From Vairimorpha necatrix (lineage: Eukaryota), in NCBI GenBank assembly GCA_036630325.1, contig CP142736.1:310001-374000 (forward strand): a DNA stretch of 64,000 nucleotides. The letters are read 5' to 3'. Under the pieces are notes generated by a model. It searched no databases and was not told the origin of the DNA. It worked only from the letters and a program-made list of their open reading frames with translations. This document shows positions 33,057 to 45,577 of this stretch, piece by piece. Both the position numbers and the translations under genes were made by a program. Numbering within the stretch: the first letter of the stretch is position 1; the number at the start of each line of letters is the position of its first letter.

Positions 33057-36000
33057 GATAAAATACTGGAAAAAAAAATGGGGTTTACCAAACGCAAAAA
33101 AAAGGAGGAAGAAACTTGCGAGATTGAGGCCGACTTATCGACCTCTGGAGTACAAGAAAGTGTTAATTCACTAGTATTGGAAGGCTACAAACCAGAATGT
33201 GAAGTTAGCAGCTTCCGCAAGGCTGCTATTCACACAGACCAAGAATTGATAAAATTCTGGTCACGAACAGAGACTTTATTCAACAGAATAAAGATAGAAG
33301 AAGGCAGAAATGCCAACCAAAGGTACTGTGGGAGAGCTGGGCCGATGGCTAGCCTTGCTTCCTATTGTAAGAGCTCACATGGAGTGACAAGTATTCATCA
33401 GGAGTACTTAGATGCCATCTGTGAAGAGCTCAATGAACAGAGATTCAAGCTTAAAAACTTGAAGAAGCAGCACGAGATTGAGATTTCCGTAATGAGAAAC
33501 CAACTCAACACACAAATTGATGCCCTAAAGGCTTCAAATGAAAGATTAGAGCAGAGAATTGACATGATTCTCACTGCAAAAAAGGAGAGTGTGAAGAACC
33601 AATCACAAAAAAAGCTGATCGTACTGATCAAAAAAAGGAAAAGGAGAAGTTTGGTGTCTTCGCTAAAGCTCAAGATAAAGAGCAAATAAAGGTTACGGGT
33701 AAAAGGATCCCATCATCCAATACCATTAATGTGTTTTTACGGAAGGTAACCGCTGCCGTAAAAGGAAACAGGAAATTGTTGAAGAAAAATATTCTTCTAA
33801 CAGAAAAGACGGAGAATGACTGGACAATCATTCTTAAAAATTGTGATATGAAACCAAAGGTTTCAAAAAAAGCTGATGCCTCAAAAACAGCAGATGCCAA
33901 TAGGTTTGCCCCATTCCTAGAAGGTATAAAAAAGAACTTCAACTGTGATACGAAACAGTTGAAAGTACCCGCTTCAAGTTCTAAAACTTGTAAAAAAATA
34001 CTGAAAGATGATTTGTTACTGTCATCTATAAAAGGTTGGGCGAAGTCGAAATCTATGACTGAGCGCAAATCCAAGATGAAGAAAACATCTTTACCAAAGG
34101 CACCTTCTTCTCACATTACGAGGAAGAAACCAACAAATTGGATAGATAAACTATCCAGAGAAGAGTTGCTAGACCTAGCAATAAACGGAAAGAGGCTCAA
34201 AGACTGCAAATACAAAATTGTGGTCGCTCATGGTTTCCCCGAGGGGAACACATTATCAGGGAGACCTGGGCCAAATTAATGGGCATAGAGGAAGAGAACA
34301 TTCCCCTAGTAAAAGACATTGAAGGCGAGGGCAGAATCTTTCTCATTAGAGATGAATTCTGCTTTCAAGCTGCAGAAGCTCTTGAGAACGCTTCAGAAAA
34401 TGTAAGAGTATTAGTTGCCGAAAACGAAGTAGGCAATTATATCTCTAGGAACAGATCAGCTTTGACGAAAATATTCTCCGATCTTCGTCAAAAATGGAGG
34501 AAGTATGTGCCTGTCGATAAGGCAGTAAAAGTTATAAAAAACGGTCTATCTGACAAGCCTACAGTAAGCCATGAAGAGTTCTTTCTATCCGAGTTAAACT
34601 TTGAGCATCTCGGGAAAGACAGGAAAGTTGATAGTAAACATCACAATGAACAGTGATAAAAATGCTATTATTAAAAGATTTTTATTAAATAATATATATT
34701 TTAATAAAAAACAAGTTATACGGCTTCTTAGCTGTACTAAAATTAATTGTCTACCCAACAATTCACCAAAAGTTAGTAACTTTACTAATAAAAGTAATGG
34801 ATGTAAACTGAGATTTTAATCTCATGTCTATATCATGGTAAAAGCTAGAATGCTGAGAACAAGCATTCAAAAGGGGTTGTGTCTAGTTAAAACAATGGCC
34901 AACCATATCAATGGAGAAGAACTCCGACAGCAGTTAGACGGAGTGTCAACGGGATTATCGGACTCTCTTATCTATACCAGAAAGCATCGCAGAAAAGATG
35001 CTAACTTCACCTTCTGCGTAGTCAGAAGGTCAAGAAAAAAAGAAATTTCTGAAGCCATGGATATACTTGGCCTAGAAATATTAAAAGAAATTCCAACTCG
35101 TGATAGGGTGGAGAATAAAAGAAGATGCAAGTCCATAGAGAAGGCCAAGCTCTATAGTCTTAACATCAACCATTTCTACGGAAAGAAGGAGGACTTGGAA
35201 ATCCTCCTTAAAGTAGAAAAGCCAACAGTCTTGTGTCTTCAAGAAACTTGGATGAAATCCTTAGGTTCTACGAGACTAGAAAAGTATGTGGTGGAGACAC
35301 CAGCCATAGGAAAGAATCGGCCGGGTCTAATGACTCTAGTCAGAAAAGACGGGGCAGTAAGATGTTCTAAAAAGGGGGATGACGACAATATTCTACAAAC
35401 TGTCGTTGAATTCAAAACTAGTACGGGATTGACAAAGGTCTTAATAATCAATGTTTACGTTCCACAAGAGAGAGAGAGTTAAAGGCCGAAACTCTAAGTA
35501 AAGTAATTAACTTTCATAGTATTTAGAAGGATAAAAGAAACTACAAGGAGATTGTAGTTATGGGGATATGAATACAGTGATTCTTCCCTCAAAAAGAAGC
35601 TTGCTATCGCAGGGTTAAGCCCCGCAATAAACTATAACAGATTACCAGGGACAAGAATCCTGAGTGATGTACAAGTCTCTAAAAGACGTATTGATACGAT
35701 ATTTAGGGTCTTAATTCAGGACAACGAGAAAGTAACAATCTCTCGAAGATGGACGGTAAGTGATCATCTCTTGCTGAAGAGAATGATATCTCTTCCTTCT
35801 CCAGTGAGAGAACGGCCATTTGCCTACAATAGGAAGAAACTTGAGCATCCAGGAATGGAAGCTAAGCTTTCAAGAAAGTTGAATGAAAAAACATTCACAC
35901 AAGATGAACTCTCTAGAGTTTTAAAAGACGTTTGTATATCCTCCAAGATATACAGTAAAGTGGGGACATTCAAAGGGCTGCCCATCAGATGGAGACACGT

Positions 36001-38670
36001 AAATGTCTTTAAAAGTTTTAGATATGCTACTAAGCGTATGCTAACGAATAGGTCCGTAACGTCTGTGCATAGGTACATGTTACTGAAGGATAAAATTAAG
36101 GCAACAAAGATAAAAGTTCGGAAAGATCGAGCCAAACTTTGGGCCTTCAAGGGCATTGAGCTCTATAAAAGTAACAGATCCAGAGACTTCTGGAAATGGT
36201 TGAAAAGTTCTTCTAACGTCACTGTTAGATTAGACAATGTTTGCTTGAAAGATGTATCAGGCATGGCTCATAACGAGCATAAAAAGAAGTTAGAGATAGC
36301 CAATGACTTTTACGCTAATCTAGCTAACTCAATTTCAGACGTTGAAAATGTCTATCAAAAAAATATCGAAAGGGATACTCCAGAGAACATCACTATGGAG
36401 GATTTACTGAGAGCCACTAATAACTGTGTCAACAACAAGGCAGCTGGGCCGGATGAGATTCCAACCAAGCTATACAAGGTACTACTTAAACCTAGTTTAG
36501 TAGATAAAAAACTACCTCTGTTCCTTGTGAACGAGTTCAACAGAATACTAACAGGAGACAGCCCTCCTGTTAGCTGGAGTGCTGCTGACATGATTTGCCT
36601 CCATAAAAAAGGAGATGTGTCAGATCTCAACAACTATAGAGGAATTGCGCTAATTAACACAATAAGCAAAATTTACTTAAAAATAGTAAACGACAGACTT
36701 ACACAGTTTGTTAAAGAAAAGAACATTCTTTCTCCTTTCCAAGCCGGATTTAGAGCAGGAGAAGAATGTATGAATCAGATTGCAACCTTGCTGGAGGTGG
36801 TTAAAAGAAGAGAATTTCGAAGTCAACAAACATTTCTATGTTTTATTGACTTTGAAAAAGCTTACGACAATGTTAGCCATGAGCTACTATTTAATAAGCT
36901 AGAAAGGTATAGTATTCCAAGATATCTTATAAACACATTGAAAGATATCTATGGAAATACTAAGATGAGAATCCGTATATCGGAGACACAAGTAGTGGAT
37001 ATCTCTACAAAAAAGGTGTGAGACAGGGGTGCCCCTGTTCTCCTACGCTGTTCAATCTATTCATAAATGATATTTTTGACGGCATGACAGGATTGAGCGT
37101 TCCTCGCTCAAATATAAGCCTGCCCGGACGGATGTTTGCAGATGACATCGTAGTTCTAGGCATTACTCTTGCTGATTTGAAACACAAAGTATGTCAAGTC
37201 AGCAGATGGGCAGTTGAGAATCGTATGGAGATCAACTGTGACAAAAGTGGTATCTTAGTATGGGATGCCAGTAATATATCCGAGTCTGTAGATGTCGCTA
37301 TCAGGACTGACTTTGGAAAAATCGGTGAAGTCGCCGAATACAGGTATTTGGGTGTTCTTATAAAAAGATCTACTTTAGAAGAACACCTAGTAAGAGATGG
37401 AGCCTTCAGAGGCAAAAAAGCTTTAGAAGTCTTAAAACCAAAGCTTCTAAATAAAGGAATCAATATAGCTTTTAAAGGTATATTAATAAAAAATGTGTTT
37501 TTTCCCACTAATGTACGGAAGTGAATTATGGGGGATGTCTAGTATAAGGTCTGGTGGGATCAATAGAATCCTAAGAAAAGCGATCCGAATGAAATTTCGA
37601 ACCAAGATAGTGCCATTAGATAGGATAATGGACGAACTTTGTAGAATAGAGTTCACATACAGGCGGCCCTAAGTAGATTTAGGGCATTAAAGAAGTGGAA
37701 ACACAATAAAACCATTATCTCGGAATTCATTTACCAACCTCCGAGGGAAAGGAAAACAACGTGGAGTTCGAGGACTAGGCGTTGGTGTAAGAGATATATC
37801 GGGAACGATTATGAAAGCATTGCCTACATTACAGGCAAGAACAAGATTTTAGAGGTACTTAAGGCAAGGGGTTCCTACAACATCACCTTGGGTGCTCTAG
37901 TAGCAGATAAGTATGGAATCTGTGACTCGCAGATTAAGCACATACTATCAAAAGTAAACAACAGGCAGATCAGGAACTACACCAGGCTTCGGTGTAATTT
38001 AGTCAGATGGTCTTCTGCTTTGGCTAATGCCAACAGAATTTCTCCTTTTTATAGGACTCATTGTTTCCTATGTGAGGGAGAACGAGAAGACCTTGAACAC
38101 TTCTTGTTAGACTGTCCGACGCTCTCTAACACAAGATCTCTATATGAGAATAGAATATCTGAGTTGAGATCTTCAACTCAAACAAAAGAGGAGCTAATAA
38201 AGATGATTATTGGCAACATCAATGGCATCAAAGCTTCTTTTGATAAAAGGAAGTCTCTACTTGTAAGAGTAGAGTTCTTAGACAAGATGATTGTACAACG
38301 ATATATCGTTATACGAGAAAAGGAAAGGCTTGTAAGCCAGAACAGATCTAGAGAAATCTAGAAGAAAAAAAAAACACACTTTTACCTGGGGGAGGTATGG
38401 CAAGCTGCTGGTGCCGTAGCATTTACGTTGAACTAGTTAGGTTCTTAACTGACGAGTAGGTCAGACGTGTTATTCTCTTAGAACCCTGCTGAACGCAGGT
38501 CACAGATAGGAATGTTTGTGGTTCTAATCCTAAGGGATATTTTTTCTCCTACAAGCAAGGCCTTTATGGTATGCTGGTGTGTATCACAAGTTATTGGCTG
38601 TTGAAGTTTTTATTTGCTGGGTGGCTTTTCTTTAATAACAATAAAAGTTTTTTAGTTTTTTTTTTTTTTT
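33057..38670 (+). mobile_element. Near full-length non-LTR retrotransposon (ORF1 + APE-RT-CCHC ORF2), frameshifted
   Basis: Coiled-coil ORF1 from ATG 33078. APE SLNIN..LCLQETW..INVYVP..SDH. RT KAAGPDEI, NYRGIAL, QAGFR, FIDFEKAYD, RQGCPCSP, MFADD, YLG. C-terminal CFLC..E..EHFLLDC. 3' UTR with AATAAA and T-rich tail. Confidence 0.95.
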
Positions 38671-39133
38671 TCTCTACTTGTAAGAGTAGAGTTCTTAGAC
38701 AAGATGATTGTACAACGATATATCGTTATACGAGAAAAGGAAAGGCTTGTAAGCCAGAACAGATCTAGAGAAATCTAGAAAAAAAAAAAAACACACTTTT
38801 ACCTGGGGGAGGTATGGCAAGCTGCTGGTGCCGTAGCATTTACGTTGAACTAGTTAGGTTCTTAACTGACGAGTGGGTTAGACTTGTTATTCTCTTAGAA
38901 ACCTGCTGGACGCAGGTCACAGATAGGAATGTTTGTGGTTCTAATCCTAAGGGATATTTTTTTCTCCTACAAGCAAGGCCTTTATGGTATGCTGGTGTGT
39001 ATCACAAGTTATTGGCTGTTGAAGTTTTTATTTGCAGGGGGCTTTTCTTTTATAACAATAAAAGAATTTTAGTTTTTTTTTTAATTTTCTAGGTGGCTTT
39101 TCTTTAATAACAATAAAAGTTTTTTAGTTTTTT
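38671..39133 (+). repeat. Tandem extra copies of the LINE 3' end
   Basis: 38671-39082 repeats 38254-38670; 39092-39133 repeats the last ~40 bp; each ends in a T run. Confidence 0.93.
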
Positions 39134-39149
39134 ATATTATAGACATTTA

Positions 39150-41460
39150 CAAGATTATTAGGTATTGACGATTTTAATAAATAAGTAATCATAGACATTT
39201 ATAATGATATTGTATTCAACTTAAGTTGATGTATTTAAGTTTCTAGCAATATTGATATCATCAATAAATTTTATACTATTCTCGGAATTTATAAATCTAT
39301 CAGATTATTTTCTTTTACTATTGTTTTAATATTTTTTAATTTCTTAATATTCATTTCTAAATTATGATTTTTTGATTCTCTTTTAAAACATCACATATAT
39401 CTTTTTTTATTCTTTCAATTGTATTAACTCTAATTTTTAGTTCGACATTTAGAATAAAGATTTTTATACATTCTTCTTTATACTTCTCTATTAAATCTTT
39501 ATTATCTTCATATTCATACCTTTTGACATTATGATCACTAAATGAACTTTGTATTTAATATAATCCTTTATAAATTATCGCTTTCAAAACCTGTATAATA
39601 TTTTTAATATCATCAACTAATGCAGTATCTTTAATTGCATTCAATCTTGGTCTTAATTTTTTTATTTTGTATTGCTTTTATGACTTTTTTAATCTTAATA
39701 ACATTAATTTTTACTTCTAATTTTTGAGAAAATTTTTCATTATTATTTCAATAATATTTTTATCAAGTTCAAACATTTCTATAACCCGATTTCGTTTTAT
39801 TATAAAATGTTCATTAATTCTTATATAAAATATATATTCCCATTTTGTATACAACCCTGATATCAACATCATGGCATCTATAAACTCATTATTAAACTAC
39901 ATAATATCTTTAAGATTTACTAACACTTCACTAAATATTCTTTGTAAACTGAATTTGTATGTGGAGATATATTTAGACTTTTGATAATTATTATTTGTAT
40001 CTTCTGGTAAAATTGTTTTACTGATAAGTTTTAAACTATAGAATGTTGAATGTCCTAGTATATAATTTTCATTTATATATTTTTCTGTGGCCAAAACAAA
40101 CAAAGTTTGAATAATTCAATGCACCAATCAGTAGTTAAAGAGCATCTCTTGATAAATCTTTTTATTAAATTTTAGTGTTCAATTTTTTGTCTTTTACTAC
40201 AATTTTTATATCATCTTTGTCAACTATTTCTTCGTAAAGAAAAATATGTGTGATTATCAAATTCAGAGCAAATTTTGGATCATTAAAAATTTTTTCCAAA
40301 ATGAAAAAAACTAGATTTCTACTTTTTATTAGTTTAAAAATATCTCGATTTCTTCTTTTCTATAAATTTTACGGATCAAAGTTAAAATTTTTCTAATTCA
40401 TCGAAATATTCTTCAGTGATGATAATAGTGTCATCTTTTTCTTTCAATAAATAATTATAAGTGTCATTTTTATGATAAAACTTTACATATTTTTTATCTC
40501 CTACAAGCTCTAAGAATTTTATGTATCTAGGGAAATTATCAGACGATTCCATGTCGAATAATGGCATACTAGACGAGGTATCCCCTTTATATAGTGATTC
40601 CCCTGATATGCTACTATTATTTTCTGACGATTCACTTGAATAAACACGAGCATCATCTATTATTTCGTTATTTTTGTATTCAATCTTTTCAGCTAGACAT
40701 TTTACACGAGAATAATCAGTATAAAGAGGCTGATCCGTGTCATTTACAAAATTATTCAGTTCATAAATATTTCTATGTACTTTTTTTTTGTATTTTGTTT
40801 GTTTTTGAATATTAATTTATAAAAAAATTTCATAAAATTGATTACAATCAACATCAAAGAAATAACAGATATTTCTGTCGTAAATACCAAATCTAACATA
40901 ATAGACATTATTATGATATTTGTAAGTTACCGGTATCCATATATTATGAGATCTATCTTGATCAAATATTATTAGTTTTGACATTATATAAAAAGTTGTG
41001 TATTTCTCAAAAATGTATTCGTAAATTATTTCATTACGATTATTTTGTTTTTTCTTTCATTATTATCTTTTTCAATATGATTTAAAATTTTAACATTAAA
41101 TCGGAAAATTTCCAGTCTTTATCGTTCCAGACCAATATAATATGATCTCTGGGCAATGTTACTATGATATTGTTAATCTAGTATTTTATTTGTATGACTT
41201 TCATTTCTACATCATTCATTTTGACAATTAATTACAAAATCTTTTGAAACTTGCTGTAGAGATTCAGTTATATTTCCAATAATATTTAAGTTGGCGTATT
41301 CATATGGTAATGTTACCCTCAAATAGGTTTTATCGCGATAAAATGTGTAAAAATCATGTTGTTTTATTATTTTGACAATTTTGTCTGTTAAAGTATCGTA
41401 AATAAGACTACTATTTTTGACTGATAAAAGCCAAAAAATATATTGTATACGTTAATAAGG
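39150..41460 (-). pseudogene. Decayed protein-coding region, unknown family
   Basis: Coding-like minus-strand fragments broken by stops (includes track ORFs 39897-40103 and 40382-40567); CCC motif near 41460. Confidence 0.35.
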
Positions 41461-43425
41461 GACAATTTACTTATTAATTTATCAAAAAAATTAATTAAAT
41501 GCATATTATCACAAAAATTAACAAATATTTACCAAGATTCAATACAAGTTAAATTTATTTACAAATGTAAACTAAGTATTGTTTGAATAATACAATATTG
41601 GGAAAGGTAATATCTAGAAATTATAGATCATGTGTAAACGAAAATTTATATGTGTCAATTGTAGTGGAAACAATGACGCGACGGTTTGTCATAAACTTAT
41701 ACAATCACAATATAGATTAATGAGTAATAAACAACTTTAGAATAACGAATTTAATTTTTAAAGATGAGATTAGTTTAATGTAGAGTAAAACCTTTTCTGT
41801 ATTTTATATAAACAATCAAGGCAAGTACGAATCTAAATGCAAAATTAAAATGCTTTTTGGCTTGAATGATTTAACAACGTTAGTAGTAACTCAAAAGAAC
41901 AACAAAAAAGTGACGAGTTTAATGTTAAATAATGCGATAATTGGTTAAGAAATTCCATTTTTCATATAAAGCAAACATCTAAATTAAGATTATATAATAT
42001 TTATTATTTTATAATATTTTGCAAGAGGCTTGAACTTCGAATTCATAAGTCAGATCGTACCGCTGTTATAACTCTAATTATGTATAAATCAGCAAAGACG
42101 ATTGAAATTTTCGCCTCTCAACATTATGACATTGTCGAATGAAGGTACATAAAGAGGTTTTTTGCTTAAAGTAAGATTTCAAATCGGCAACTTTCTGCTT
42201 TTACTTAACCTATTTTTTGTTGTCTCTACCGAAATATGATACAATAAATTTTCGGGGTTATTTCCTTTGCTGTTTGCATATTTAGAGCTACTTCGTAGGT
42301 ACATAATGAATTTGTATTAATATTTTGTAAATTTAACTATAAAAGCCTTTGCATACAAGGAAATAAAACTATTGATATAAAAAGTAAAGTTTATTCACAA
42401 CTTTATTACGAGCGCAAGCTAAATTTTATTGATTTCTTTTATTAATTATCATTTAATAACGCATCAAAATACGTTTTTCAGTTAACAACTTGGCCGCTAT
42501 GATAAGAATCTGTAAAATTTTAACACCACAATGACAGAGCATAAACTAGATTAATAACGCTAATATATATAAGAGTGTGTTATAAAGAATAGAAACTGTG
42601 ACGATTAACAAATATGAATAAAAAAAACTATAAGGTGTAATTAGATCCTTTTTTATAATGTGTAAAATTAAATAAATTAATAACGGTCAATTTATATCCC
42701 TTTTTTATAAAAGGGGATCAAGATAAAAAGCAATAAATCAATAAGGATATAAAACTGAATAAAAGTGCTCAAATTACAAAAAATCTACATTAAAATGATT
42801 GTTTGTTTTCTTTTCCCATTTAGGCTATTAAAAATCGTATACAAGCATTAATCACTGGTAATTATTTATTAGCATATTCTATTCACAACTATTATATTCC
42901 CGTTATGGCTATATTGTGTGATGCATAAACTCCTGTATTCGATTTCTTTTACTGCTAAATTTAACAATTTTTTTTCTCTGGATCTCTTTCGCAATGTTTT
43001 TGACGTATTACCGACATGTAATTGATAGATTTCATTCTTTGAGTCGATAAGTTACACCAATCCCTCCTGTGTTTGATGTGATACTTGATTTTGATAATAA
43101 CTTATCATATAATCGTTTAATTACGTTGTAATCTGTAATATATGTGGAACGAAGTTAAGTTATATTTGCAGATTATTTCGATGACTAATCCTCTAAACAA
43201 TTTTAAGCATAAAAAGAATATTATTATTTCAATAAAAGTATTATTAATTAATATTTAACTTCGAGAAATGTCAACGATTCTTGCTTTTTATTATGATTAT
43301 TTAAAAAATGTTTATATAATTTTAACATTGAATTACACTTAAATTAAGCTTAAATACATTTTTGAGCTGTAAATTTTTATATTTACATATAACTTTTTAC
43401 TTTTAGTATTTTTTTTATTTATGGA

Positions 43426-43942
43426 CTAGCGTATGCTTTCCCGTTTTTGAAAACGGGATCTAAGTGTTTAGTTTGCTAATATGTCTTATATCCTTAAATT
43501 TTGTTGAGTTTCCATTTTTGATAACTGAATTTAAAAAGAAAACATGATTTTGAAAAATACTTTTTAGTAACATATAAGGAGTAAACTTAATCTAAAAACA
43601 TTTAATAGTTATAATGAGATAATTTTGGGAACTTTTAAGCTCAATTTATGACACTTATATTCATTTTCTTTTTTTGGCAATTATTTTTAAAATTTTTCTA
43701 GAAGGGTTAAATAAATTCTAAAAAACGATTCTGACGATATTTTGGAACTGAGTTTTACAAAACAAAGAATTGCAATGAAAATGCATTTACATACAGTACA
43801 CGCACCTATGATAGTCAAAATTCTTCATTGAGTTTATATTTTCTATTGCAATATCACAATAAGCTATAATAAGAAGTTTAGATTTTACAAAACCACAAAA
43901 AAGAGGGGTAAAAAATTAAATAAAATTCTTTTATATATATGA
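43426..43942 (-). mobile_element. Non-autonomous Helitron, copy 1
   Basis: Minus strand 5' TCATATATATAAAAG, 3' CCCGTTTT..AAAACGGG hairpin + CTAG followed by T. Confidence 0.9.
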
Positions 43943-44462
43943 CTAGCGTATGCTTTCCCGTTTTGAAAACGGGATCGAAATGTTTAGTTTTTTAATATGT
44001 CTTTGATCCTTGAATTTTTTTGAGTTTACATTTTGGGATGATCGAATTTTATAGGATGAAATCATCTTTTTCAAAAATACTTTTTAGTAGCATATTAGGA
44101 GTAAAGTTGAGTTAAAAACACTTTTGAGTCATATTGAAATAATTTCGGGAACTTCTAAACTCAATTTTTGACACTTATATTCAATTTTTTTTGGTTATTG
44201 TTTTTGTGAATTTTTTCTAGAAGGGTTAAATAAATTCTAAAAAACGATTCTGACGATATTTTGGAACTGAGTTTCACTTAAATAATAATCAAAATTAAAA
44301 AGTATTAACTAATAACATACACACTTAGAATAGTCAAATTAAAGCAATAAATCTATATATGATATTTAAATAACATAGAAAGCTTAAAATATATAGTGTG
44401 GAAATTTAAAATTGACAAAAAAGAAGGGTAAAAAATTAAATAAAATTCTTTTATATATATGA
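43943..44462 (-). mobile_element. Non-autonomous Helitron, copy 2 (head-to-tail with copy 1)
   Basis: Same termini, preceded by A on the minus strand; diverged internally from copy 1. Confidence 0.9.
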
Positions 44463-44466
44463 TCTA

Positions 44467-44829
44467 GGCTAAAGGTGTTAAAAGACCCCCCCCCTCTGAG
44501 GGTGTTCACTTTGTTTTTTTGAACCCAAAAAACGAAGTGCAAAATAAAGGAGGAGCGGGAAGATGACAAAAATTACTAAGCACTCATGACATTAAAAACA
44601 AGAAATAAACATACTTTAATGTACATAATTATATTTTAATTTGAGAATGTACATTCATATAAATTTATAAGCATTTTTTACCCTTATGATTTATTGGAAT
44701 TGGGGACCAAAACGCCCCCCTCTGAGGGTGTTCATTTTATAATTTTAAACCCCCCAAAACGAAGTGCAAAATAAAGGAGAAGCAATCATTAGCACCCTAA
44801 ATACTTGCATCTTTAGACAGTAAAAATAC

Positions 44830-44868
<39 letters not shown>

Positions 44869-45317
44869 ATACGTAATTTAATTTAAAAAAAAAAATATAA
44901 CCATAAAACTATATAATTCCGAATAACATAACATATTTTATATTAAATTTTTTGATTTAATAATCTGTATAGATTGTTGAACATTTATTTAAATATTCTT
45001 ATATGCATAATATTTATAATTTTAATTGTTGGTATTACAAAGTAGGGTTTGAAGAAAATCCCTTTTTATAATAAACCAGCAATTAAAAAAAATTGAAAAA
45101 ATAAGGAGGGAGAAAAAATACAATACTATAAATAATTATTATAACTATATTTAAAATTAATTTTCGTATTAAAGCATCTATTTATTTGTTATTTTTAATG
45201 TCATAAGTGCTTAGTAATTTTTGTCATCTTCCTGCTCCTCCTTTATTTTGCACTTCGTTTTTGGGGTTTGAAAAAATAAAGTGAACACCCCCAGGGGGTC
45301 TTTTGGATCCCAGCTCC
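44467..45317. mobile_element. MITE with ~150-bp TIRs, Merlin-like
   Basis: 44467-44620 is inverted at ~45165-45317. GG...CC ends; 8-bp TSD TGGATCTA/TAGATCTA (left copy split by the Helitrons). Extra partial TIR at ~44696-44783; internal (TA)n. Confidence 0.8.
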
Positions 45318-45577
45318 TAGATCTATATCAATCAATTTCTTTCATGCACATGTGTCAAACCAAAATTTATAATTTTTTAACACATGATTTATCTAATTAA
45401 AATAACCTCCTCCTTTTTTTTTTTAAATTTTGTAAAAGGAGGAAATTTTAGAATATTCACTCTAAAATAAACACTAAAGGGGTCAAAAAAAATAAAATAA
45501 ACGATTGGTTGATTTTGACATAATTCGAAATTTGACGTTTATCAAATTCTATTTTTAATACCAATATGAGGAGGGGT

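Noticed and set aside
38375-38530. U1 snRNA-like start (ACTTTTACCTGGGGGAG) after the A run
   Set aside because: Not the exact ACTTACCTG; no GATCAC or ATTGCAC loops; it is duplicated with the LINE end
38860-38930. Hammerhead-like core in the LINE 3' UTR (CTGACGA...GAAACCTGC-loop-GCAGGTC)
   Set aside because: Stem II lacks its closing G-C pair, stem I is unpaired at the core, and the sister copy reads GAACC instead of GAAAC
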